From: Asterias rubens
Taxonomy: Eukaryota
Assembly: GCF_902459465.1 (NCBI RefSeq)
Contig: NC_047062.1
Span: forward strand, 33,604,001 to 33,668,000
DNA length: 64,000 bases
Direction of reading: 5' to 3'
Shown: piece after piece, positions 25,101 to 37,100 of the stretch
Numbering within the stretch: position 1 is the first letter of the stretch
Layout of the letters: every line of letters starts with the position of its first letter
Notes under the pieces: model-generated
Seen by the model: only the letters and a program-made list of their open reading frames with translations
The model's database searches: none
What the model was told of the DNA's origin: nothing
Position numbers and translations under genes: made by a program

Positions 25101-28100
25101 TTCTTTTTAATTCAATAATTCTTGTTTATGGCAATACATGATGCTTTGGTAATTAACAGCACATTATTTCAAAACAGCATTTGTTTGAAACTAAATTTAG
25201 TTTATTTAGTGCAATTGGTGTGTGTGTGTTTTATGTTAAAAAATTACTTTAGATTTAGTAAAAATTTAGTGTTCAGTCAACTTTACAAAAAATGCTGCAA
25301 ATCTTGATAAATCATATTACTCTATACAGTGATATCATTTGTCATAAGATTTGCATTAATTATCATTAACTGACATTTAAAAACATCTGCTTCGATGACC
25401 AATACATATGTTTCATTCATATTTATAGATTAGGTAGAAAAGAGCCTTCCACAATATGTTTTATAGATGATGCTTTTAATAATGCAATTTTAAAACACGC
25501 TTTGGGATCCACAACAGTATGAAGCTGTACTAACTGTCTGGATTGTGGTAGTTTCTATGAAGAGGGAGGCATGCAGATTCTAATTTGATATTCCGTTACC
25601 ATTTTCACTCCTATCCCAATTCAAATTGTTATTTTGCCAGTCATCACTTGTAATTACTCAGGTAGTTTATTGAGCTTAGTGCATCGTCTGTGTGTGTGTG
25701 TGGAGTAGTAATTGTAGAGTGCACCTTGCTAATGGAAGCACTTTGAGATAGACTGCCAATGATAGCACAAGATACTTGTGAAGCTGTACTGAGGCACATG
25801 GGATCTGATCCTGTGTGGCCAATTACTCCTAATAAGTTTGGCTGAGGGAGAGAGCTAATAATCTTGGCCGAGGGAGAGAGCTGGAGAGCAAAGTGGATTG
25901 TCACGACGGCCTGCAGTTCTGCCTCTTATAAGAAACGGACTGTAATAAGCTGATCTAATCCTAATATTGGCTCCTCTTCAAATGACGGAACAATGACTGT
26001 CAGATCTACATTGTAGAAAGGAATCAAACTATCTTGGATATGTTTGAAACTAAGAGAGGTTGCAATAACACCATGTGAATAAGTAGTGAGTGACTTGTAA
26101 TGTTGGTTCTGAGAAGAACCAGTGGTTAACGATTCAACATTTCGATCAGTATGCTCTGATCGTCTTCAGGAGAATGCTGGGCTCTGTTTACATGTGCTGA
26201 GAGTTGTGTTCTTGTGTTTCTACTAAGTCTCTCAGGTGGAATTGATCATCAGATGAGAATAAATTATCCCACCAGTGCCAGAATCTTGAATCTTCACTTC
26301 AGTCCCGTTCACTTCAGCTGTATCCATCAGAAGCGAGGTTTGAAGTACTCGCTGTCGAGCCTGTTGAAGGGGCTCAGCAATTTCCCTCTGGTAAGGGGAA
26401 CTTCTAGGAGGAGAATTTAAATTGGTTTTGAAACATTGCAAAGGGCACCACAGCAAAAGCACAAGGCACCAGGACAATTGCTGTGGGTGCTGTGGGTTAC
26501 TTCAAGGCCTACACTGTGGGTGCTGTGGGCTACTTCAAGGCCTACACTGTGTACTCGTATCCCTTCATTGCTGTGGGTGCTGTGGGCTACTTCAAGGCCT
26601 ACACTGTGTACTCGTATCCCTTCATTGCTGTGGGTGCTGTGGGCTACTTCAAGGCCTACACTGTGTACTCGTATCCCTTCATGATGGAAAGATCTTCAAC
26701 GGTTACTGATGAGATATGGGACTCTATCTTCAGGAAAGACCCTCATCTTGTGTACCAAAGCTTCAGTGATAAGGAAGATGATGACAGACCATGTCAAGAC
26801 ACTCAGCAGCAATTTATAAACAACTTAAAGCAACTCAATGTTAGTGGTGGACACTCGGAGCAGAAAGACCAGACTTACGTGTGTGCTGAACAATCACGTG
26901 GATATTATCAAAAGATTCAGAAATTACATACAAAGGAAAGGTATGTCAGATTACAAAGAAGCATCACTTAATAGGATTTGCCCTTAACTTTGTCAGTGAC
27001 TGGCCAGCAGGTCCAGTTATTTTTTCATTTCACTGGTCCGTCAACTTATGCACTTGGAGTTCTTTGTAAATAATAATGTGTTTTTTATTTTTTATTTTCT
27101 AACAGTGCACATGAAGGTAATTCCAAATGGTTAGATGCCCACTATGATCCTGTGGCTAATCTCTACACCTTCTCATCTTGCATGAGTAAGTATTACAATG
27201 CGCTATAATCATTACATCACTTTACGAGTATGAAGAGAATTGCTTCAACTTGGGTTTGTTTATCACACAGTGTGGACTGATCTCTAAAGACACAATTTTA
27301 AAGTGTCTTATGAATGGCAGTGTACTGCAGTAACATGCACAGATCGATCATTTGAAAGCAAATTTTAATTTTTATGAGCAAAGTCTGTAATCAGTAGAGG
27401 CAAGTGTTGTCCAACCCTAGATGTGTTGTGGTGATTGCTAGTTCTTTGCCCAAACGGTGCGAATGTAAAGGTACAATTTTAAAAACCTTGAGTTATTTTA
27501 TCTTTGAGCATCAAGTAAATCTAATGATGTGTGATGTTTTGAAAGGCGCGACTGACTGTTCAACACAATTCAAGACCGTAAGAAACAAAATAGTCAATGC
27601 CCAAGTAGGTATTTTAGCATTTTAATGTCCTTGATGCAAACAGAACTTTAATATGAACCAGCATTGTGAATGCATATTGAACACAAATCTTGTGGATGAA
27701 TCATTTGTATGTTATTCTTCCTCATCAGCCTTTTCCGACATAAATGGAGACGGTGAAAACAAGTTGGTGATTGCTGATTTGGGTACCGGCTCATATAACA
27801 TGAAACTCAAGGTATACAAGGGTACCAGTATCATGAGTGAGAATACCATCATTGAGTTACCAACAGGCGTCAGTACATTCTTCATGGACACCAATGAACC
27901 AAGAGTACCAGGTAAATGCAATCTCCATCTTATAAGTTAAAACTGAATGAGTTAAAACTTCTTAAAACTGACTTAATAGTAATAATAATAATTTATTCAT
28001 TTATTATGCGCAAGTTTCATAAAAAAAAATTGTACAGATGCGCATTACAACAATATACAGATATTAACAATAATTTAAACAGATTTAAAAATGGTAATTA

Positions 28101-31100
28101 CACTGAAAATTACGAGAACAATAGTTAAAGTCAAACAGCAAAAAAATAAAACCACAGCCGGCAAAAGGCCACGTAAAAGTCTAGTAAAAAGCCTGGCGGA
28201 ATAAATGGGTTTTGAGCAATGTTTTGAAGGTACCTGTATTGTTGGCCATCCTGATTGCGTGTGGGAGAGCATTCCAAAGTTTAGGAGCAACACACTCAAA
28301 AGCACGAGTTCCCAGAGTACTTTTCGTTTTACAGAGTGGGTAACTGAGAATGGAAGTGTCATTAAAACTACGAAGACAATATTTAGACAAAGACCTTATT
28401 ACATGGTGTTACCGCAAACTTTTCTATATAAAGACCTTTTAGTTAAAAGATTACACGGCGTGATATGGCAATATCTATTTTAAGTACTGTGTCTGAACGA
28501 CCTCTGTGATTCTAGTCGGACCTAATTTTAAGCCCTGTTCACACCTCTTCATTGAAGAATAGTTTAAAAGGGGCTCGAGTAATCTGCTTTCAGAATTTGA
28601 TGAAGTATTTTATATATTTGAATTGTTTTGTTTTGTAGCCATTGCGGTTGCTTCGGGACCATATCTCTATGTGTACAAGAACCTACGACCATATTTTAAG
28701 TTCACTCTACCACCATTGGATGTGAACCCGGTGGAACAAGACCTATGGAACCAGGCTAAAGAGGTAAGTTATCAAGTGTTTTTAAACCCTTCTATCTAGA
28801 TTCATTACAGTGTCAGGCCTTGAAATCACCCACAGCACCCACAGCAATTGCTGTGGTGCCCTGTGCTTTTACTGTGGTGCCCTGTGCTTTTACTGTGGTG
28901 CCCTGTGCTTTTACTGTGGTGCCCTGTGCTTTTACTGTGGTGGCCTGTGCTTTTACTGTGGTGCACTGTGCTTTTACTGTGGTGCCCTGTGCTTTTACTG
29001 TGGTGCCCTGGGCTTTTACTGTGGTGCCCTGGGCTTTTACTGCGGTGCCCTGTGCTTTTACTGTGGTGCCCTCTCCAAATTGACATTTTCCTCATTAAGG
29101 TGCTCTCTACCAGAGGGAAATTGCTTTGCCCCTTCAAGAGCAAAGTTCAATGACCTGTGACAGCGTGTTTCCGGAACTTCTCATTACTTTTCCAGACCAT
29201 TCAAAGGTCAATTAGCCATGCCAATATTAGCTTGGGGGTAATTTGCGACTGATTGTTGGTCCTGATTTATTGCAAATGATTACATCAAAGTGACATTGTG
29301 TGATTAGAGGTTGGCCTGGGGTTACTGCTCTACTGACAGGCTCTCTAGAATCAGATGATTGATGTACTCAATTATTCAGATTGAAGTCATTTAGCTTTTC
29401 CAATTACTTGACTGTCGGAATACTTAATGACAGGATAATAATGATATCATTGAAACAACCAAGAAAGATGAACAAGTACGCTGTCAATGTTTATTAATAA
29501 CATCATTGTTTTTATCTTTATTAGTTTGTTATTGTTGGTACTGTGCAATATTTGTCATTTAATTAATCTTGTAGTTTCATGACATAATTTCAGCTGATGT
29601 GTTTTTTCTGATAAACATCATGCGATAATTGGTGTGAATCTTCTTCAAAGTCTACAATTTACTGTCATGCAGTAGTCTAGTCAGATGAGGATTACTGTCA
29701 TGCAGTAGTCTAGTCAGATGAGGATTATTCAATTTACTGTCATGCAGTAGTCTAGTCAGATGAAGATTATTTCAATTTACTGTCATGCAGTAGTCTAGTC
29801 AGATGAGGATTATTTCAAATCGTTGTCCAAGGAGATTGAGTTTGACAATAAGGCAGTTTATATAGTTAAAAAATTTGGGTTGAACAAAGAAAAATTTACT
29901 TGAACCAACGACCTTCGGGTTGACGTGCCGGTGCTCTACCAACTGAGCTATGTAGCCCTATGTTTTAAGTCAATATCTTTGTTCAGGGTGCCAGTCTAAA
30001 GCCATACAACCTGAAACTGCTGTATCACCAGGGATCACACCCAAGGTTTTATCTTGCGGCAGTTTCCCTTGTGATTTATTATGTAGTATTTTTACTGACA
30101 TGACATTGATGTGTCTATACTAATGGGTGATTAGAGTAGGTTTGTGGCTGGGATTGAACCTCCATGGGGACCAATTATAATAATAATAATAATATTATAA
30201 CAAAAAGAAATTCACAAAATCGCCAAATTGCCATGGCCCTAAATACAAATGTAAAAAGCAAGTTATGACTTATGTAATCTTAAATCTCCGTAGGGACCAA
30301 TTATGACTTAATCTTAAATCTCCATAGGGATCTATTATAACTTAATGTTGGTTTTGTTGCAGGACAAGATTGACGTGACGGTACTCCGAGAGATGTTAGA
30401 TAGTATAAGAAGAGAAGGGAACGAAGGAGCGCTAACGGTCAGATCTCTCAGGTACAATTATGGATTTGATTTCTTATCCACTGGGAGAACTATTGACGTT
30501 GCCAAGAATACAACATCACTATTAGTTGGAAATTGCTGTCAATTGTGTATAATTTCGCTTGCATTTTGGTAAATGTGTTGATCATAGATAATGGCATTTT
30601 CACGTTCTTTGTAACTGAAGCTTTCTTTATATTGTGAGCATACGCTTGGCTCGGTTGTTTCTTTCCCTGCCTTTCACCTCTGTGGACCTTAGTTCGAATC
30701 CCACCTCAGACTGAAGCCTTCAGCTTGGCTCGGTTGTTTCTTTCCCTGCCTTCCACCTCTGTGGACCTTAGTTCGAATCCCACCTCAGATCGGAGCATTA
30801 GCTTGGCTCGGTTGTTTCTTTCCCTGCCTTTCAACTCTGTGGACCTTAGTTCGAATCCCACCTCAGATCGGAGCATTAGCTTGGCTCGGTTGTTTCTTTC
30901 CCTGCCTTTCACCTCTGTGGACCTTAGTTCGAATCCCACCTCAGACTGAAGCCTTCAGCTTGGCTCGGTTGTTTCTTTCCCTGCCTTCCACCTCTGTGGA
31001 CCTTAGTTCGAATCCCACCTCAGATCGGAGCATTAGCTTGGCTCGGTTGTTTCTTTCCCTGCCTTTCACCTCTGTGGACCTTAGTTCGAATCCCACCTCA

Positions 31101-34100
31101 GATCGGAGCATTAGCTTGGCTCGGTTGTTTCTTTCCCTGCCTTTCACCTCTGTGGACCTTAGTTCGAATCCCACCTCAGACTGAAGCCTTCAGCTTGGCT
31201 CGGTTGTTTCTTTCCCTGCCTTTCACCTCTGTGGACCTTGGTGCGAATCCCACCTCAGACTGAAGCCTTCAGCTTGGCTCAGTTGTTTCTTTCCCTGCCT
31301 TTCACCTCTGTGGACCTTGGTTCGAATCCCACCTCAGACTGAAGCCTTCAGCTTGGCTCGGTTGTTTCTTTCCCTGCCTTCCACCTCTGTGGACCTTGGT
31401 TCGAATCCCACCTCAGACTGAAGCCTTCAGCTTGGCTCGGTTGTTTCTTTCCCTGCCTTTCACCTCTGTGGACCTTAGTTCGAATCCCACCTCAGACTGA
31501 AGCCTTCAGCTTGGCTCGGTTGTTTCTTTCCCTGCCTTTCACCTCTGTGGACCTTAGTTCGAATCCCACCTCAGACTGAAGCCTTCAGCTTGGCTCGGTT
31601 GTTTCTTTCCCTGCCTTTCACCTCTGTGGACCTTAGTTCGAATCCCACCTCAGACTGAAGCCTTCAGCTTGGCTCGGTTGTTTCTTTCCCTGCCTTTCAT
31701 CTCTGTGGACCTTAGTTCGAATCCCACCTCAGACTGAAGCCTTCAGCTTGGCTCGGTTGTTTCTTTCCCTGCCTTTCACCTCTGTGGACCCGGTTCGAAT
31801 CCCACCTCAGACTGAAGCCTTCAGCTTGGCTCGGTTGTTTCTTTCCCTGCCTTTCATCTCTGTGGACCTTAGTTCGAATCCCACCTCAGACTGAAGCCTT
31901 CAGCTTGGCTCGGTTGTTTCTTTCCCTGCCTTTCACCTCTGTGGACCTTAGTTCGAATCCCACCTCAGACTGAAGCCTTCAGCTTGGCTCGGTTGTTTCT
32001 TTCCCTGCCTTTCACCTCTGTGGACCTTAGTTCGAATCCCACCTCAGACTGAAGCCTTCAGCTTGGCTCGGTTGTTTCTTTCCCTGCCTTTCACCTCTGT
32101 GGACCTTAGTTCGAATCCCACCTCAGACTGAAGCCTTCAGCTTGGCTCGGTTGTTTCTTTCCCTGCCTTTCACCTCTGTGGACCTTAGTTCGAATCCCAC
32201 CTCAGATCGGTGCATCTCTGAAGTAGGTTCAATCAGTGTATCATTTGGTACAACAATTATTTTATAAGGGTTTTAACAAAACTATGTGTAGTATCAATTG
32301 GATTATAATTTCATAAAAAGATAAACATTTTCTTGAATCTAAACGAAGGGGTTGAAATAGACTTAACGATGGCTTGTTTTGTTATCTTCAGGTATTTAAT
32401 GCTACAAGACAAGGAACAAATGGAGACCTTTGCTCAACTGCATAAACAGACTGCCATTAAGAGACAGGTGGGTGGAAGATTACAATCAATTAGGATCAAA
32501 ATAACGTGTTAAAGGCACTGGATAGGTTTGGTAATTACTCAAAATATCTAATAGCATACAACCTTACTTGGTAACAAGCAACGGAGAACTGTTGAAAGTA
32601 TGAAACATTAAGAGAACTGGCTCCCTCTAAAATATTTGAATCTGAGAAAGACTTCAGGCCTGAAGCCTTTCGCTGGCATCTGAAAGCACCCACATTTGTG
32701 CAACAATGGTGGTTTTTTTCTGTAATTATTCTCGTGCAACTTAGATGACCTATTGAGTCCAAACTTTCACAGATTGTTATTTTATGCATATGTTGGGATA
32801 CACCAAGTGAGAATACTGGTCTTTGTCAATTACCAAATGTGTCGAGTGCCTGTAATGAATCATAGTATATTGCATTCAAATCAGACATGTTTTCTCCAAT
32901 TATTGATGAGATTGACTGACTAATTCCTGCTTGGAAAGTCTGCAATTATGTTTATCTGTTGAAGCTGCAGAGGAAATATACAGCATGGATTGTTAATGGA
33001 TTGATGTTTCTTTCTCTGTAGACGGTGATAACATGTCTGGATATCTTGAAGAAGTCGTCAGCGGAAGAGGATGGCATCAGTTGCATTGTGGTCGGTACAG
33101 AGAGTAAAGAAGTGTACATCTTAGATCCAGAAGCATTCACAATCTTAGCTAAGGTAAGATGGCCACTTCAAGGTGAGGGCTACACTTAACTGGTTTGGGC
33201 TATCGACCCAGATCAATTGCCACCAGGGGCACGTTGCTACCTACACCTGGAGCATGAAACAGGGTTACCCCCTTCACAGTCTGTAAGGATGTAGGTATCA
33301 TCCGCTAACAGCCTGCCTGGTAGAGCAGAATGCTTTACCTCCTAACTTTTTATGAAGCAGTTATGGGGTAATGCTCAAAGGCACAAATGCCATGACCAAG
33401 AATCGAACCCACACTCTGCTGCTGACAACACCAGAGCTTGGGTCAGGTGACTTAGAACGCTTGGCCACAAAAAAAGAGTTACTTTTGTTTTCAGAATGTT
33501 GATTGTTTAAACATTTATCCTACATTTGATGTTACATACTTGATTCTAAAATGTGGCCATGCTATATTTATTTTTGTCTTGTTGCAGATGTCTATTCAGA
33601 GTGTGCCTGTATTCATGAGCGTCAGTGGCTTATATGATGTAGAGTATCGCATCATTGTATCCTGTCGAAATGGCAACATTTATTCACTCAAAAGGTAAAT
33701 CAATACTCAATGCTTGGTAATGGTTAGCTTTACGGAGTAATACTGTCTCTATGGAGTAATACTATCTCTGTGGAACCCCAATAGGATACAACAGGATACA
33801 TGTATGCTGACATACAACGATTATTCATGACTGAAAAGCACTCATAAATCATTCATTATATCCACTCCTTCACTCAGAATTTACTAGTTTGCATTTTCTG
33901 TTCTTTTCTCTCCTTTGCGATAGTTTTGCGTATCTTTGTCAATTAGTTGACAATTTCATTGTTTGTATCTGCATTTTGTATTAATGCTTTTGCTAACTCC
34001 TCCATTTTGCTAAACACTGTGTGGAATTGAACAGTCAACCCGTTGGTTTGGAGAGAGTGGGCAAGAATATTGTGGTTGGATGTATGGATCAAACTCTGCA

Positions 34101-37100
34101 ATGTAACAGTCTATATTTGATTTCTGTGTTATAGAGGAATGAAGATGGCTAAACACTGTGTGGAATTGAACAGTCAACCCGTTGGTTTGGAGAGAGTGGG
34201 CAAGAATATTGTGGTTGGATGTATGGATCAAACTCTGCAATGTTTTACTATCAAGGTATGTACATGTATAGAGCAAGGACTGAGCCAGACCCATTGCTTC
34301 AAACTAGGCTTATCTCAAGTCTTTGATTTCACCAAACTTTTCCTAACTAAGGATTAATCTTAGGACTTAGGTTGAGTTCAGTTCCATATCCATAGACATT
34401 AGGACGCATTGAACCCGTCCTAAGTTAGGACGGGTTACTCGTCCTAGCTTGAGATAGGATTAATCCTAGCGTTTCGTGAAATCGGCTCCTGGTTTATGGT
34501 TGAAATAATTTGGGGTTAACACCCCCGAACAAAATAGGGAGACCACCAACATAGGGCTTGATAGCTCAGTTGGTAGAGTGCTGGTTCAGTTGGTTCAAAT
34601 CCCGCTCTAGTCATTTTTGTTTTCTTTGTTTGACCCGAATCAGTTTATGGTTTGCATACATGTAGCACTTTGATTTTATTATCAGTTAATGTCTACAGTT
34701 AATCAATTGGTGGATGCCAACTGTAATCGTTGCGTGTCGCTGCCAAGCAATCAAATGCAATGGACTCAAGCACGGGTGTTTCTGTTCAGGGGGCTAAAAC
34801 AGGGTTATCCCCTTCACAGTCCATGAGGAGGAGCCTGGTTGGTAGAGCAGAATGCACTACCTAGCTTACATGTAAAGAAATGGGTTGTTTATGTTTATCT
34901 CGAACATAGCTCCGTATGTCTTGTAGAAAAAGAAGGAAAAAAACTACCGACTATTATTATGTTCTTTTTTCCTAGGGTAAGAAGCTTTGGTGTGTATACC
35001 TCTCATCCAGTATTACAACAATGGCCATCATGGACCATAAACAGAAAGGCTTCAAGGCGGTCATGGTGGCACTCAACAATGGTGAAGTTCAATTCTATCG
35101 GGAAAAGTATCTCATCAACACAATCAAATGTGATGTAAGTTTACTCAAAACATTGCAAATATTTATCCAGTATTTTGTATCTGTTTTTTAAATTGATTTT
35201 ATGTAAATTACTGTATATTTTTATTTAGTCATGCTCTTCTAACCTTTATGTGTGGCAGCAGGGCCCAATTTCATGACTAAAAAGTGGTGCTTACGGAAGT
35301 AGAGAATTACGCAGGCAATTTTTGTTTGTCCATGTTACTACATTCTTTGCTTACACAGCTAGCACAGAAATTTGGCACTAGCACAGTAAGTGAAGAATGG
35401 TGATTGTAAGTGCCGAATTTGGCGGTAAGCAGAGCCACGAAACTGGGGCCTGGTCTCAGGTCTCAGTAATTACTTTGGTTTTGTTGCTTCAAGCCCATTT
35501 AGAATTAAGTTTGTGTCGTTCTTGGTTTGTGAAGGCTGATATTTGTTCTAACCGGCCGAATGCAGAATGGACTTACAAACAGTAAACCTGAAAACTTATT
35601 TATTTTGACACCGTGGTGTTTTGTTTGTTCGTGTAGGATGTGATAACTGGACTTCAATATGGACGCTTTGGCCGAGAAGACTCCACCCTAGTTCTAACCA
35701 CAAGGAGAGGAAGTCTACTCATCAAGATTCTTAAACGAAGCGCCATGTTTGAAGACAAAGATCTGGCCAGGGGTCCACCTCCTTCCCAAGCACATAAACT
35801 CAATGTACCTAAGAAGACTAAGGTGTTTGTTGACCAGACTATGCGAGAAAGGGAGAATGGGATATGTAAGTCAACTCAAACCCTACCCATTCAGGGTAGT
35901 CATTTCTTATCTTTGTTCTAAGGCTGTCTTGGAATTAGGGGCTACAGCTAGATTTCTGCGTCATCATGCAATGAGGTTCAGGACATCCTTAGCAATACTC
36001 TTTGCAACAGTCGTAGCCGTAGCCGTAGCTGTAGACGCCAATTCGGAAAGGCCTAACTCTCATAACATTTAGATTTAGTTTGCTAATGAGAATGAGTTCA
36101 ACAAGTTTGTTATAATTTGATTTTTGCCAGATACATTTGCTCATAAATGACATGATATGATATGAGATACATTATATTGTCAGTAGGTGCAATGGACTCG
36201 GGGGGATGAACACTGTTGGGTTGACTCAGTGGGTGTAGGGGTTGAAACATGGATGGACTTAGGGGTGAACCCTGTGGGTGGACCAAGAGGTTAACCCCTA
36301 GGTCCACCCAGTGGGTGGGTGGACCCAGGACATCAGTGGGTGGACCCAGTGGATGGACCCAGTGGGTGGACCCAGGGGTGGACCTAGGGGATGGAGCCCA
36401 GGTACGGCTGTTGGCTTAAACTGGGAAATGAAAGAACGAAAGTCAAATGAACCTGCTTACCTATGATGACATACTTGATCAACCAGCCTTCATGCTTTAT
36501 TTAAAACCCTCTAGCAAACAACTGTATTGACCTGCCCCTGATTTTAGACGTAGGTATTCAACTAGGTTGGATTTTGAAAACTAAATAATACTGTGATTTC
36601 AATTTGTATTTCTAGCTATGCATCGTATGTTTCAGCATGATCTGTACCGTCTAAGGCTCAATACAGCAAGGTCGTTTGTTAAAGCTCTTGATAACAGCTT
36701 GACACCAATCTCATCTAATCCTGCTGAACCGCTGAAACTCTCTGCTCAGGTAAGGCTTAATAGGCCTATCACAGGGTTCTTAAAACCAACATCCATGTTA
36801 CATCATATAGGTTGCTTCGTTCTTTGGATGGGATGTAAACCCGTTGGTGATGTGTGTTGTGTAATGCACATAAGAGCACCCAGTACACTTATCAAAAAAA
36901 GAGAAGGGGTTCGCCCCTGTGTTCCAGGTTTGTTTAGCAGCGAATTGCGCCACAGCACCTTGTAAACCATTACATGATGCTATGTAAAAGGAGTAGGTCT
37001 CATAATTCAAAAGTAGTCCCACTTACCTTGCAGGAAAATGCTGAATGTTGAAGCGCCTTGAACGTCACTGAGTGACCAATGTGAGCGCTATATAAGAAGC

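Noticed and set aside
28810-29160. Cys/His-rich repeat ORFs on both strands
   Set aside because: Translation of a 21-bp tandem repeat inside a MITE; all frames are open for the same reason.
29895-29960. tRNA-like sequence on the minus strand (tagctcagttggtagagc..ggttcaag)
   Set aside because: The anticodon stem does not pair and the 3' acceptor half is missing; it is a SINE head like those at ~34555 and ~40160.
30643-32207. CRISPR-like regular array, and the 74-77-aa ORFs within it
   Set aside because: There are no unique spacers or cas genes and the context is a eukaryotic intron; the ORFs are by-products of the repeat period.
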